A stretch of DNA of 64,000 nt from an uncultured Nitrososphaerota archaeon (GCA_963799845.1 CAWCYI010000004.1:224001-288000), one strand, 5' to 3'. Counted from the stretch's first letter, positions 19,166 to 30,131 are shown. The notes: generated from the sequence alone by a model not told the origin. A program made the numbers and translations.

Positions 19166-20131
19166 ATGGATTTTTTCAAAAGACGCCTAATAATTTCCAT
19201 CCTGGTCTTCTTCGTAGCTCTGAACCTTGATTTCTTTTTGCCAAGACTGGTTCCTGGCAACGCCGCGCAGATTTTTGCATCTGGAACAAAACTTCCCGCA
19301 AAGGAGGTATTGCTCCTGGATCAGAGGTTCGGCCTTAACCAGCCTCTCTACATCCAATACTATCTCTACTTCAAGGGAATCTTCTCTTGGCCGCCCTACT
19401 TCGGGGTGTCGTTCAACTACTACCCCACCACAGTGACAAGCCTAATTTTGGGGAGGCTCCCTTGGACGATACTTCTCGTGGTTACCAGTTTTTTCTTGTC
19501 GTTTGAGATTCACTACATTCTAGCCGCAATTAGTTCGCTGCGTAGGGGAGGAAAATTCGAATTCGCATCATTATATGGTTCGATATTATTCTGGTCCACG
19601 CCAGCTTTTTGGATAGGCATGATTCTAATCTGGGTTTTCTCCATAACGCTCGGATGGCTGCCCGTCTTCGGAAACTCGGCTTTCAATCCAGGGTCAGGGC
19701 TGTCGTACATTGGATCAGTTGCCGTTCATGCAATCCTGCCGATTCTCACTCTCACCGCGGTAGTTTTCGGGCAAAACTACTTTGTATTGCGGGGGGCGGC
19801 TCAAGAAGCGCTGAAAAGCGACTATGTTCTCACAGCAAAATCCCGAGGCCTCAAAGATAGAACAATCGCATTTGGATACGTGCTTAGGAATTCCCTTCTC
19901 CCCGTGGTCTCCCTACTGGGATACTCGCTTGCCAGCCTCATCAGTGCGGTGGTGTTGGTTGAATCTGTATTCGGATATTCCGGAATAGGCGATCTGATTG
20001 TAGACGGCATATTCAACAGGGATTACCCAGTTCTTGAAGGGACATTCTTCTACATGACGCTGATAGTAATTATTGGAGGCCTGATTGGAGATTTTATCCT
20101 TCTAAGACTTGATCCGAGGCTCACGAGGTAA
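19166..20131 (+). CDS. oppB: Peptide ABC permease
   Basis: 'PRLVPG', 'DYVLTAKSRGL', 'RDYPVL', 'LDPR'. Confidence 0.92.
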   Translation: MDFFKRRLIISILVFFVALNLDFFLPRLVPGNAAQIFASGTKLPAKEVLLLDQRFGLNQPLYIQYYLYFKGIFSWPPYFGVSFNYYPTTVTSLILGRLPWTILLVVTSFFLSFEIHYILAAISSLRRGGKFEFASLYGSILFWSTPAFWIGMILIWVFSITLGWLPVFGNSAFNPGSGLSYIGSVAVHAILPILTLTAVVFGQNYFVLRGAAQEALKSDYVLTAKSRGLKDRTIAFGYVLRNSLLPVVSLLGYSLASLISAVVLVESVFGYSGIGDLIVDGIFNRDYPVLEGTFFYMTLIVIIGGLIGDFILLRLDPRLTR

Positions 20132-20140
20132 TATCGTGCT

Positions 20141-21007
20141 TTGATTGAGTCTTCGACTGTGGAAAAAAAGAGTAGAACTAATTTTCTTTCTTCTTCCCGG
20201 TTGCTTCGGACTAAAAGCTCGAGAGTCGGCGTGTCAATTATCCTGGCCTTCGTCATTCTCATCATCATTGGACCTTTTCTGACCCCTTACGCCCCGACCC
20301 AAACAAGCTCCAGCAAGAATTCGCCTCCGAGTTTCGCCCATCCGTTTGGGACGGACTATCTCGGCCACGATGTATTGAGCCAAGTGATATACGGTGCGTA
20401 TCCTTCGATGATAATCGGCGTACTGGGGGCGACGGGATCAGTCCTTGTCGGTCTCACAGTTGGCGTCATGGCGGGCTACTTTCGAAAGCTGGAAGGAGTA
20501 CTCACTGGTACCGCTGATGTGGTCTTGACTTTTCCACCTCTTCCTCTAATGATACTACTCGGCTCCTTGTATCCTGCAACAACATCTCTGATCATTCTCA
20601 TCTTGATTATCGTGTTGTGGCCGGTTTCCGCTCGCTCGATCCGTTCCCAAGTACTTTCCATAAAGGAAAGGCCCTATGTCAGATCTGCAAAAACTAGTGG
20701 GATGGGCGATCTCGAAATAGTTCGACGCGTGATAATTCCGGAAGTCGCTTCGCTCGCGATTGCCTACTTCGTGTTGACAGTCGCGGCAGCAATAGTGCTT
20801 GTCACAGCTCTCCAGTTTTTGGGAGTTGGGAATCCGGATGTCGTGAGTTGGGGGAGCATACTCTATTGGGCACAGCAGTTTGCGTTCTATAATGGTGATT
20901 GGTGGTGGATACTAGCTCCCGGCCTATCGATCACTCTGGTTGCGACGGCGTTCGCCCTTGTTGGTTTTTCGGTCGAAGAAATCATGAATCCAAGGCTGAG
21001 GACATAA
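20141..21007 (+). CDS. oppC: Peptide ABC permease
   Basis: 'HPFGTDYLGHD', 'FLGVG..SWG', 'NPRLR'. Confidence 0.92.
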   Translation: MIESSTVEKKSRTNFLSSSRLLRTKSSRVGVSIILAFVILIIIGPFLTPYAPTQTSSSKNSPPSFAHPFGTDYLGHDVLSQVIYGAYPSMIIGVLGATGSVLVGLTVGVMAGYFRKLEGVLTGTADVVLTFPPLPLMILLGSLYPATTSLIILILIIVLWPVSARSIRSQVLSIKERPYVRSAKTSGMGDLEIVRRVIIPEVASLAIAYFVLTVAAAIVLVTALQFLGVGNPDVVSWGSILYWAQQFAFYNGDWWWILAPGLSITLVATAFALVGFSVEEIMNPRLRT

Positions 21008-21010
21008 AAG

Positions 21011-21979
21011 ATGTCATCCCAGTTGCTCGACCTCTCGGGCGTTACGGTCGAATATACAGCAGGCACGAAGTTACTCAAGGCTGTTGATAACGCGTCTTTG
21101 ACAATTCCCTCGAAAGGATATAGTTTGGGAATCGTCGGGGAATCCGGAAGCGGTAAGACAACACTTGGACTGAGTATTTTGAACTTGATCGAGTTACCTG
21201 GGAGAATCTCTGGAGGGAGAATTGAATTCATGGGCAAGGATGTCTTGTCCATGAACAAAGATCAGCTCAGAAGATACAGATGGCAGGAGGTCTCAATGGT
21301 TTATCAATCTGCAATGAACGCCCTAAACCCAGTGAAGAATATCACTGACCACATTGTTGAAGTCTTGAAGGCACATACCGAGATTTCGAAATCTGAAGCT
21401 CGAATCGTCGCGATAAACTTGCTATCAGATGTAGGGATAAAGATGGAAAGAGCGGAAGCTTTCAGCCACGAGCTGAGTGGCGGAATGAGACAGAGAGCTG
21501 TAATCGCGATGGCACTTGCTCTCTCGCCGAAACTCCTCATCGCGGATGAACCAACTTCCGCTCTCGACGTCGTGGTCCAAAGGCAAATCATCGCCTTGCT
21601 AAAGAGGAAGGTAGATGAAAATGGACTTTCCCTAATCTTCATCACGCACGAAATCGCAATTTTAGGAGGACTGGTTGATCACGTCGCCGTAATGTTTGCG
21701 GGCGAGGTCGTCGAAAGCGGCCCGATGCAAAAGGTCCTTTTTGAACCGCTTCATCCTTACACACAGATGTTACTAAGCTCTCTGCTATCGCTCGATTCAA
21801 CGAAAAGCTCTCTCCGTGGATTTTCTGTAAAAGCGAGGGATTCAACGACAATACCTCAAACCGGTTGCAAGTACGCGAACAGGTGCAAATACGCGTTCGA
21901 CCGATGCAAAATCGAGCGACCGCAACTCAGGCAAACAGAACAGGGGAGGCTCGCGTCCTGTCACAAGTACGACAGCTAG
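21011..21979 (+). CDS. oppD: Peptide ABC ATPase
   Basis: GESGSGKT, LSGGMRQR, IADEPT, C-terminal Cys cluster. Confidence 0.92.
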   Translation: MSSQLLDLSGVTVEYTAGTKLLKAVDNASLTIPSKGYSLGIVGESGSGKTTLGLSILNLIELPGRISGGRIEFMGKDVLSMNKDQLRRYRWQEVSMVYQSAMNALNPVKNITDHIVEVLKAHTEISKSEARIVAINLLSDVGIKMERAEAFSHELSGGMRQRAVIAMALALSPKLLIADEPTSALDVVVQRQIIALLKRKVDENGLSLIFITHEIAILGGLVDHVAVMFAGEVVESGPMQKVLFEPLHPYTQMLLSSLLSLDSTKSSLRGFSVKARDSTTIPQTGCKYANRCKYAFDRCKIERPQLRQTEQGRLASCHKYDS

Positions 21980-21987
21980 AAGAAACA

Positions 21988-23004
21988 ATGGCAGCGCAAG
22001 GTACAGGCACTTTGAAAGCTCTTGTCAGTATCAGGAGCCTTCGAGTTCAATTCACAAAGCTAACCGGCACCATATGGAAGAGAAAATCTGTTGTCAACGC
22101 GGTTGACAATGTCTCCTTCGATATCTATGAATCGGAGATACTGTCGGTCGTCGGTGAAAGCGGAAGCGGTAAGACCACCATTGCCAACTGCGTCATGGCT
22201 TTAATGACACCTAACTCTGGCTCAATAAGGTACAACGGAATAGAAGTCATAACTCTCCGAGGGAACAAATTGAAAGATTACAGGCGCGAAGTTCAGGTGA
22301 TTTATCAGGACCCCTTCGAATCACTGAATCCAAGATTAGACGTTTACTCCACTCTCTCGATTCCCATAGCTCGACTGACGAACGAGACTCACGAGGATAA
22401 GATCGTTGAAATAGTTAGGCGTCTTCTGTCTGAAGTTGGTCTGAATTCTGAAGAGACGATCCACAAGCTGCCGCACCAGCTCAGCGGTGGAGAGAGACAG
22501 AGGATTAACATAGCTAGAGCGCTCGCGCCAGGCCCGAAGCTCTTGATTGCGGACGAGCCTATAACGATGCTCGATGCTTCACAGAGGCTGAACATTCTTT
22601 CTTTACTGTTGGAGCTCAAGGAAAAGAGAAATCTGACGATTCTTCTCATAACTCATGATCTCGCTAGCGCCAAGCTCATGAGTGACAGGACCGCGGTCAT
22701 GTACTCAGGTAAACTCGTCGAAATCGGCCCTACCGAGTCTATCCTCTCGCGACCCCACCATCCTTATTCGGAACTCATACTCACTGCAACGCCCAAGTTG
22801 ACCGAGACCAAAGAAGTATTGGCGAGCACGCTCTCTGCAGTCTCTTACTCGTCAGGAATCGAGGAACGTCAGAGCATCCATAACGGTTGTGTTTTCCAAC
22901 CACGGTGCAAGTACGCAAAGGAAAAGTGTGTCAAGGAAGAGCCCCAATTAGAAGAAAAATCTAGTGCGCATTATGCTGCATGTCATTATCCCTTATCTGC
23001 GTGA
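21988..23004 (+). CDS. oppF: Peptide ABC ATPase
   Basis: GESGSGKT, LSGGERQR, 'HPYS', 'AACH'; ATG at 21988. Confidence 0.92.
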   Translation: MAAQGTGTLKALVSIRSLRVQFTKLTGTIWKRKSVVNAVDNVSFDIYESEILSVVGESGSGKTTIANCVMALMTPNSGSIRYNGIEVITLRGNKLKDYRREVQVIYQDPFESLNPRLDVYSTLSIPIARLTNETHEDKIVEIVRRLLSEVGLNSEETIHKLPHQLSGGERQRINIARALAPGPKLLIADEPITMLDASQRLNILSLLLELKEKRNLTILLITHDLASAKLMSDRTAVMYSGKLVEIGPTESILSRPHHPYSELILTATPKLTETKEVLASTLSAVSYSSGIEERQSIHNGCVFQPRCKYAKEKCVKEEPQLEEKSSAHYAACHYPLSA

Positions 23005-23147
23005 CCACATTGATGAGCATCTAGTCAGCCTATTCCGAAAATACCATCCAAAATCTTGGACGAGGTCTTCATTCGAGGGATCATCCAGGATGAGATTATC
23101 TATTCGGTAACCTGGTGTGCACACAGTTTTTACTAGTAAATAGCAAG

Positions 23148-23279
23148 TGCGGGAGGTGGGAAATGAACTTTAGGTTCGAATCGGTAAACTAATGGGAATT
23201 TTCGGCAAACCCAGCCAACTCAACAAGACCTAAGTCTACGCTCCACAAATCACCCTGGTTCAAATCCATCCGACCCCAA
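23148..23279. other. Degenerate tRNA 3'-end-like fragments
   Basis: TGCGGGAGGTGGGAAATGAAC (minus-strand tRNA-end-like) and GGTTCAAATCCATCCGACCCCA (plus, from 23257). Confidence 0.45.
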
Positions 23280-23930
23280 TTAGCCATAACTGTCGCTTAG
23301 ATGCCTTTACGTGCTTCCCGCTCGTGCTCTCTCTACTCCCCCAGCCCTCACAGCCAGAGGCACACAGATAGCCCCAGCCCCACACTGACACTAAGCACAC
23401 GCACACATTAGACTAATAGAATCGAGTGATCGGAAACTCTCTTTGTGAACCGGCTTTACACAGGTGAGAAATGTGAAAAACCTGTGCGTCTGGAAAGGGC
23501 AACTATCGTTCGAGAGTGACAAGCAATCGGTGAAGAGCTGGAATTAGGGCGTGCTAGAACGCATTGAATAAAGAGGTAGCCGGTTCCATTAGAATTGATG
23601 AATAACGGGAAAAATCCGGCAGAAATAGTAGCGTTCTCGCCAAACGTGTTTCCTGCGTTAGTCCCTGTGTAAAAAACCACAATCACAGAATAGTTTTGAT
23701 TTCAGGATGGTACGGTGTCCAACGCTTCAACCGTTGTGACCACATATTCGATTCCCACACAAACGAATTTGCTAGCAAAAACGTGTTACCGCGTCAGTGA
23801 ATTTGCAAATCAGAGTTAGAAACGGGATTCGCGCACGAAGTTACTAGTAAACCCAGATTCCAAACCCCTCCAACGAGAACTTCAGGGAAAGTTAATATTA
23901 TCAGAGAATTCTTTCGGCGATGAGAATACA

Positions 23931-24605
23931 ATGAATGGTGCTCACGACCTGGGTGGAATGCAGGGTTTGGGAAGGATTGAGGTCGAGCAAAAAGAGCCCG
24001 TCTTCCACAAAGACTGGGAGAAGGTCGTCTTCGTCATGCAATGGACGACGGGATTTCGAGGCCTGTACAATACCGACGAATTCCGCCACAGCATGGAACG
24101 GATGAACCCGGTTCACTATCTATCATCCAGGTACTACGAGCATTGGCTGTGCGGCATGGAGCTTTTACTCGTCGAAAAAGGAATCATAAGCAAGCAGGAG
24201 CTGGACGAGAGAACTTCAAAGTTCAAGAAGGGTCTGGGCACCATTCCCAGGAGAGAAGATCCCGATCTGACCCGGCAGGTCCTCCAAGTCATCAAGAATG
24301 GGGGCTCTTCACGTAGAGACGTACCGAGGGAACCCAAGTTCAAGGTGGGAGGAGCCGTAATGGTGAGGAACATCAACCCCACGGGGCATACACGTCTTCC
24401 CCGGTATCTGCGAGGGAAGGCTGGCACCATCGTACAGATTCACGGAGCTTTCGTCTTCCCTGATACGAACGCCCATGGACTGGGTGAGAATCCCCAGCAC
24501 GTTTACTCTGTTCGTTTCGACGGACGCGAGGTCTGGGGGGAAACCAGCGAGAGAGGAGAAGTGTTGTACGTGGATCTTTGGGAGAGCTACCTTGACTACC
24601 CGTGA
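23931..24605 (+). CDS. nthB: Nitrile hydratase beta subunit
   Basis: MNGAHDLGGMQG, 'DEFRHSMER', 'YYEHW', 'GHTRLPRYLRGK', 'DLWESYL'. Confidence 0.96.
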   Translation: MNGAHDLGGMQGLGRIEVEQKEPVFHKDWEKVVFVMQWTTGFRGLYNTDEFRHSMERMNPVHYLSSRYYEHWLCGMELLLVEKGIISKQELDERTSKFKKGLGTIPRREDPDLTRQVLQVIKNGGSSRRDVPREPKFKVGGAVMVRNINPTGHTRLPRYLRGKAGTIVQIHGAFVFPDTNAHGLGENPQHVYSVRFDGREVWGETSERGEVLYVDLWESYLDYP

Positions 24606-24612
24606 TTTGCCC

Positions 24613-25293
24613 ATGGAAAGTAGAGCCGAAAAATCAGCGAGTGCCGGACAAGAAAGCGGCTTGACCCAAGAGCAAGTGCCGCTTCCAGTTTCGGGTTCGT
24701 ATCCCGTCCCAGAGGCGGACATCGCTGCAAGGGTGCAAGCACTGGAGTCCATCCTTCTAGAGAAGGGTTTGCTTAGTGCGGATGCTATCGATAAAGTCGT
24801 AGAAGCCTACGAAAAGGACATCGGGCCGATGCTTGGGGCGAAGGCCGTAGCTCGTGCCTGGAAAGACTCTGAATTTAGGCGTCGGCTGTTGCAGAACGCA
24901 ACAGAGGCTTGCAAAGAGCTAGGCATTGGCGGTGCCGAAGGCCAACACCTCATGGCAATCGAAAACACTCCTAAGGTGCATAACGTGGTGGTGTGCACTC
25001 TCTGCTCTTGCTACCCCTGGACCGTGCTAGGCCTCCCTCCGAATTGGTACAAATATCCACAGTACCGTTCCCGCATCGTCATCGAACCTAGGAAGACACT
25101 GAAAGAGGACTTTGGATTGGCAATCGCCGACGATGTGGAGATTCATGTATGGGACAGCAGCGCCGAGATTCGCTACTTCGTCATCCCGGAGCGGCCGATA
25201 GGTACGGATGCAATGTCCGAAGAAGAGTTGGCAAAGCTCGTGAGCCGAGAATCCATGATCGGTGTCGCAAGGATAGATTCTTCAAAGGACTAA
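24613..25293 (+). CDS. nthA: Nitrile hydratase alpha subunit, cobalt type
   Basis: Metal motif VCTLCSCYPW (Thr/Tyr indicate Co type), 'LGLPPNWYK..YRSR'. Confidence 0.96.
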   Translation: MESRAEKSASAGQESGLTQEQVPLPVSGSYPVPEADIAARVQALESILLEKGLLSADAIDKVVEAYEKDIGPMLGAKAVARAWKDSEFRRRLLQNATEACKELGIGGAEGQHLMAIENTPKVHNVVVCTLCSCYPWTVLGLPPNWYKYPQYRSRIVIEPRKTLKEDFGLAIADDVEIHVWDSSAEIRYFVIPERPIGTDAMSEEELAKLVSRESMIGVARIDSSKD

Positions 25294-25418
25294 AGTGTGA
25301 AGTTGTGACCGGCAAAGAATCGACTGCAGGAGACAAAAACAGTGGAATCTCGTTCGTTCTTCGAAACCTCTCGGATCTATAGCGAGAAATCTGAACCTTC
25401 ACAAGACTAGATCCGACC

Positions 25419-25782
25419 ATGAAAGTAATGTTTGGCGACATCTCGGGGCCAGCGAGCTATGCCTCGAAAGAATGGCGAGCTAGTATTTCAGACACCCTGG
25501 GAAAGTAGAGTTTTTGGCATCGCCGTTACGCTATCCGAGCAAGAGGTATTCGAATGGGAGGAGTTCCGTCAGAGTCTGATCACAGAGATCGGGGAATGGG
25601 ATAGGAAACACCTTCTTGACCCCAAAACTGAGTGGAACTACTATCTGCTCTGGACAAGGGCACTTGAGAAGATACTACTTTGAAAGGGGGTACTTCAGAG
25701 TGAGGAGATGATGAAAAAAGTTGCTCAGGTGGAAGCGAGCTGGAAACACGATGAAGGAACGAATCATCACCATTCTCACTGA
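25419..25782 (+). CDS. Nitrile hydratase accessory protein (P14K-like), with apparent frameshift at ~25454 and stop at 25681
   Basis: 'PRKNGELVFQTPWESRVF..F.W.EF..L..YY..W..ALE'; frame continues to a His-rich tail HHHSH. Confidence 0.85.
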
Positions 25783-26194
25783 CCATATTTCCAAATCGTG
25801 AAACGCAACTTGGTCATGGTCTGGGACACCTCGTGTCAATCAATTCTTGGATGATTGATCTCGATCTGATCTGTCCATTGGCATTTAATTATGCAAAATA
25901 CTACATCTTTAGATTCTCCGAGACAATTACTTTTGCAGATCACGCTCAAATCAGTGACAATTAATTATGCAATTTACATTTTTGTTATCCTGTAATCGTC
26001 TCTCTATATCACAGCTACAAATCGATTAGTAACCCTCGATTGCCAAAAAGGGCGAACGTGGACAACCGTGTTGAAGCGTGATTAAATATTCCATAGCATT
26101 AATACTCTAAATCGGAGATTGGACAATTGTTCAACTGGGAAATGAGAACTCGAACGCCCGTTCTGAACAACCCGAAGTAATCGAACTAGGCACT

Positions 26195-27009
26195 GTGGCC
26201 GCCGAGCGACACGGCGCTGGTGGCAGGCCGCTCATCTTCATTCCAAGCCTCGCCGCGGGGGCTTGGAGTTGGGAAGATATGGTAAAGCGCTTTGAAACCA
26301 GGCATGAGGTGTATGCTCTGAACCTCGCCGGGTTCTGCGGCCGCCCCCCTGTCGAACCGCCCATTTATGACAAGGTGGTGGCGGACATCATTCGTCTGAT
26401 TAAAGAGCAGAGGGTTCGGCAGCCCGTTCTTATCGGACACAGCCTTGGCGCACACATTGCTTACAGAGTCGCAATCGAGGCTTCCGACCTAACTGGTGGC
26501 GTGATCGCCCTCGACGGTCTTCCCGTGCTTGGACCTCTGGCAGACGCTGACCCTGCCGTCCGACGCGCCGCGGGGGAAAAGCTGGCCAACGAACTGGGAC
26601 GAGGTAAGAGCCAGCAGCAATTCATCGAGGCGCTCCCCGTGCTTTCTTTCGGGCCCGGATGAACGACCCCGCGAAGGCGGACGCTATGATGGAATTCTCC
26701 GGACGAAGCGACCCTAATGCGGTCGCGGACTACATTGTGGAGCTGCTTGAGGCCGATCTCCGCCCAGATCTAGGCAAGGCGCGGGTGCCGATTCTGGTAC
26801 TGGCCGGGACCGAATCATTCACGAAAGGTATGCCTGACAGCGAAAGGCGCTTACTCTTTCAGCGAATTCTCGCAAAGGCTCCACGGGCCTCTGTTGTTCT
26901 GATTCATGGCGCCCGCCATTTCGTCCAGATCAATCAACCGGAAGCCGTCGGAGCAGCGATCGAGACCTTTCTCGCAGACCTGGAGATGACGTTGTCCGAG
27001 GCGAAATGA
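26195..27009 (+). CDS. Alpha/beta hydrolase (frameshift in C-run near 26637; start uncertain)
   Basis: GHSLG nucleophile elbow, 'ARHFV...QPE'; visibly GC-rich. Confidence 0.8.
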
Positions 27010-27203
27010 GAAATGGTATCGGTCACAACATGCCTCAAGAAGCCCCCAGGACTTCGCCAAAGCTGTCGTCGACGTTGATGGTTTTTGATCAGTGTCAACC
27101 TGAGGAGGCAAGACGGACGCTTCACCTACCCGCAATGGCTCACTATTTTCTCTACTCGGTTTTTATCAATTAGGGCGATAACAAACAGGAATAGAGCAGC
27201 TAT

Positions 27204-27830
27204 TCAAATTTGTTGGAAGCCCGTACTTCTGTGTCGGTACTGCTTTCCCTGATGTCCCTTGAACCGTTCTTCCTCCCAGATGTTGGCCCTTTCATTGTAT
27301 CCGTACATCTCCCAGTAACCGTCCTCGTACTCCGGTATGAACTGGATTTCATCCATCCATTTTGCACTCTTCCAGCCATAGAGGTGCGAGATGAAGGGAC
27401 GGGAGGGGTACCCCTGCTGCTGGGGAATCGGCTTTCCGTTCATTCCAAACGCGATCATAGAATCTTCGGACATCGCGTCCTCAAGTGGCACGGGCGCGGT
27501 GTATCCATCGGCGCAACGAAACATGACCCACTTTGCTTCTGGCTTGACTCCGGTACGCTTCGCAACTTCGGTGAATGGAACTCCGTCCCAGACTACATCC
27601 TTAATCGACCATCGGGTTACGCACTGGAAATCTTTCGTGAACCTTGTTTGAGGGAGCTTCTGCATCTCGTCAAAAGAGAGTTCAAGCGGTGTCTCAACCA
27701 GCCCGGAGGTTTTCAGATGCCAGTCCTCTGCCCTGATGACAGGCTCGCCGAGGGCAGAATAGATTATCCAACGATTGCCGTAATACTGATTTGGAGCTAA
27801 CCCGCTTTGGGATGACACAGATAATGACAA
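27204..27830 (-). CDS. Sulfite oxidase-like molybdopterin oxidoreductase
   Basis: 'DFQCVTRWS', 'DGYT', 'LYGWKSAKW', 'GYWE..GY'. Confidence 0.9.
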   Translation of the reverse strand: MSLSVSSQSGLAPNQYYGNRWIIYSALGEPVIRAEDWHLKTSGLVETPLELSFDEMQKLPQTRFTKDFQCVTRWSIKDVVWDGVPFTEVAKRTGVKPEAKWVMFRCADGYTAPVPLEDAMSEDSMIAFGMNGKPIPQQQGYPSRPFISHLYGWKSAKWMDEIQFIPEYEDGYWEMYGYNERANIWEEERFKGHQGKQYRHRSTGFQQI

Positions 27831-28356
27831 CTATCGCCGAAAGATTGTACTGCTCACTTAAGTTTTCGGGAGAAATTTTCCGAAAGATTTTAGGCATTGG
27901 GGATCTTTCTTCGTGCCGGGAATAAACATGGTAGACGCCACATGTGCGTATTGCGGATCTGTGATCGAGCCGTACGGAGATCTGTCTAACTTTCAGGGGC
28001 CGGTGCCTTGCGTCGCCTGTCACAAGAGCACTTGGATGTCAATAAACAACGGCAAAATTGTCGAATCGCAAAAATGGCCGATCAATTAGTTTAGTCAGGC
28101 CCTGTTGTTATTTTCCACAGTTGTCACAACTTTTCCGTGGGCGTCACTCTCCAAGATACGTGAGCGCTTCGGGTTGGAGACATCTCAGTGTCAGGGACGC
28201 GAAGAATCTAATTCTTCACTCGCATCAGGAATAAATTCATTACAATCATAAGGGATAAATATTCGGCGTGACTCCGAGACCGAAGTCGGTTTCGCTGGAA
28301 GTGGAGATTAACCACGAAACCTAAGACAATAACCGGGACGATGGGCGGAGTTTGAC

Positions 28357-28812
28357 TTATTGGATGCCAGACATTTCATTGAGTTCCTTTAGCCGTCGAC
28401 TCTCAATTTTCCCCGCACCTGATACGAAAATACCTTGCTCGTCCCACGAGCATAATTCAGTCACTTCCGTACCGTCGCGAAAGACGAATATCCCACCGCG
28501 CAGTCGCGGATCAGACGCGCCTTGATTGTATGCCTGAAGCGCGTCCTTTAAGTCGGCCTTGTGCCTCGGAGGAATTTCCAATTCTAGCTCGAAGATACAG
28601 TAACGGCAAAAGAGGTGCTTAGGTAGGCGAAAGCCGAGTGTCTTACCAACGCACCTTGGGCATTCAAAGTTAACTTCACGCCTGCAAACTTCACAATAGA
28701 GTCGAAGCTCGATCCGACCTTCAAGAAATCTACTTTCCACATAGGATAAGAGAAAACCGCAGTGGGGGCAAAAACCCGTCGGAGGAGCAGAGATCAGGAT
28801 TCTTGCCTTCAA
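28357..28812 (-). CDS. Cys-rich zinc-binding hypothetical protein
   Basis: Four CxxC pairs. Confidence 0.55.
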   Translation of the reverse strand: MKARILISAPPTGFCPHCGFLLSYVESRFLEGRIELRLYCEVCRREVNFECPRCVGKTLGFRLPKHLFCRYCIFELELEIPPRHKADLKDALQAYNQGASDPRLRGGIFVFRDGTEVTELCSWDEQGIFVSGAGKIESRRLKELNEMSGIQ

Positions 28813-28956
28813 GACCTCTTCCAGCCTCGCCTGAGCCCACTCGAGTAAAGGCGGTGGCTGAACACTCGCGACAATGCTGCCGTCCGTTACACCAAGATAG
28901 GTGGGCGCACGCCCGAATACATTTCCTAGTGTTTCTAAGACGCCCTGGTACCCTTT

Positions 28957-29979
28957 TCACGGATCGTAAACTGCGGACACGAATCGCTGCCAGAGGTTTG
29001 GATTCCTAACCGGAAGAACAGCGGTCAAATACTCCGCGAGCATCTGAGGATCCATTTTGGCAGCATCCTCTAACTCGACTAATTTTTCTCGAGCGAGCGC
29101 GACGTATTGGTTGTAGCTGTTAGGATTCCTTTGCGGTTGGATTTCATCACCTTCGGAAGGAACTATTTCACTTTGACGGGTATTGCTCGCTCCTTTTCCC
29201 AGTTTGCGCCTCTCATCCGAACGTGTAAACGTGCCCGTGGTGACAGTCACGTTCTTGGCATCTGAGACCTTTGAAGCTCTGCCGCTGCAAATGTGCTCCA
29301 CTAGTCGAGGGAGCTCGTCTTTTGAACAACGAGAAAGAGCGAGCAGCTCTGTAAAAGAGTCTGCGATCGGCGTACCATACAGGGTGTCGGCATAAGGTCC
29401 GAGTGATGTTCCAATCCTGACCAGCTGCTCGACCCGGTCACTACTCTGGTTCGTTTCATTAGCGACATAAGCAGTAAATGGCTCGACCAAAACCGAATTA
29501 TTCGGGTTTGAAGCCCGGTTGCTACGTCTGTCGCCCCCTCGACCTGTCTCCGGATGTAATTGAAGGTACAACGCCTTCTGTTGCGTGCGTGCACATGCCT
29601 CTTCCAGAACGCAGGAGTAGCCGTTCCGGGCGATGTTCTCGTCCAATGTCATGAGATCAGCCTCGGCCTTACTAACGTCGCGAAGCACGACAGCATCGAT
29701 GTGTGTCCAGTTTAACTTTTTGGCGCCTAGGAGGCGCTGCTCACCCCACTTGATGTCGTATCGTCCAACTTCTTTTGCCGGCACCAAGCCAATAGGTTGT
29801 AGTTGGCCGTTTTGGCGCATGCTCTCAGCAAAAATGTCCACGTTCGCTTCGAGAATCCTTCGCCACTTCTCTGGTTGATTGATCAGATCGATAGGGATGG
29901 GCTCCACAGTTCGCGCATGTGCAAACTTATTCAATCGGCTCACAAACTCCTTTGGAGTACAATCGATTCCGGAGTACAT
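28957..29979 (-). CDS. ParB/Srx N-terminal domain protein
   Basis: 'SMRQNGQLQPI..WGEQRLLGAK.L....I...DENIAR', 'HPETGRGGDRRS'. Confidence 0.8.
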   Translation of the reverse strand: MYSGIDCTPKEFVSRLNKFAHARTVEPIPIDLINQPEKWRRILEANVDIFAESMRQNGQLQPIGLVPAKEVGRYDIKWGEQRLLGAKKLNWTHIDAVVLRDVSKAEADLMTLDENIARNGYSCVLEEACARTQQKALYLQLHPETGRGGDRRSNRASNPNNSVLVEPFTAYVANETNQSSDRVEQLVRIGTSLGPYADTLYGTPIADSFTELLALSRCSKDELPRLVEHICSGRASKVSDAKNVTVTTGTFTRSDERRKLGKGASNTRQSEIVPSEGDEIQPQRNPNSYNQYVALAREKLVELEDAAKMDPQMLAEYLTAVLPVRNPNLWQRFVSAVYDP

Positions 29980-30131
29980 AACCCCACGGAAAAAAGCGGG
30001 TATACAGGATAATAACCCAGGAGATTAGTTTGGTGTTGGTCGATCTTTTTCATCGTAAGGTAGAACAATTCGTCAACTAAGTTTGAAGCTTTCCTGAAAA
30101 CCCGGTTTGGAGATCATTTCTAATCTCCCGA

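Noticed and set aside
23456-23750. Minus-strand ORF fragment
   Set aside because: Interrupted and unidentifiable; may be a relic of a secreted-protein gene
25681-25683. Selenocysteine or readthrough TGA in the NHase accessory gene
   Set aside because: Position corresponds to L-L-E-K-G; explained by compensating homopolymer errors (CTTTGAAAG versus CTTGAAAAG)
27210-27800. 196-aa plus-strand ORF and other long antisense ORFs (e.g. 30574-31128, 53421-53924, 55317-55823)
   Set aside because: Shadows of better-supported genes on the opposite strand or in another frame
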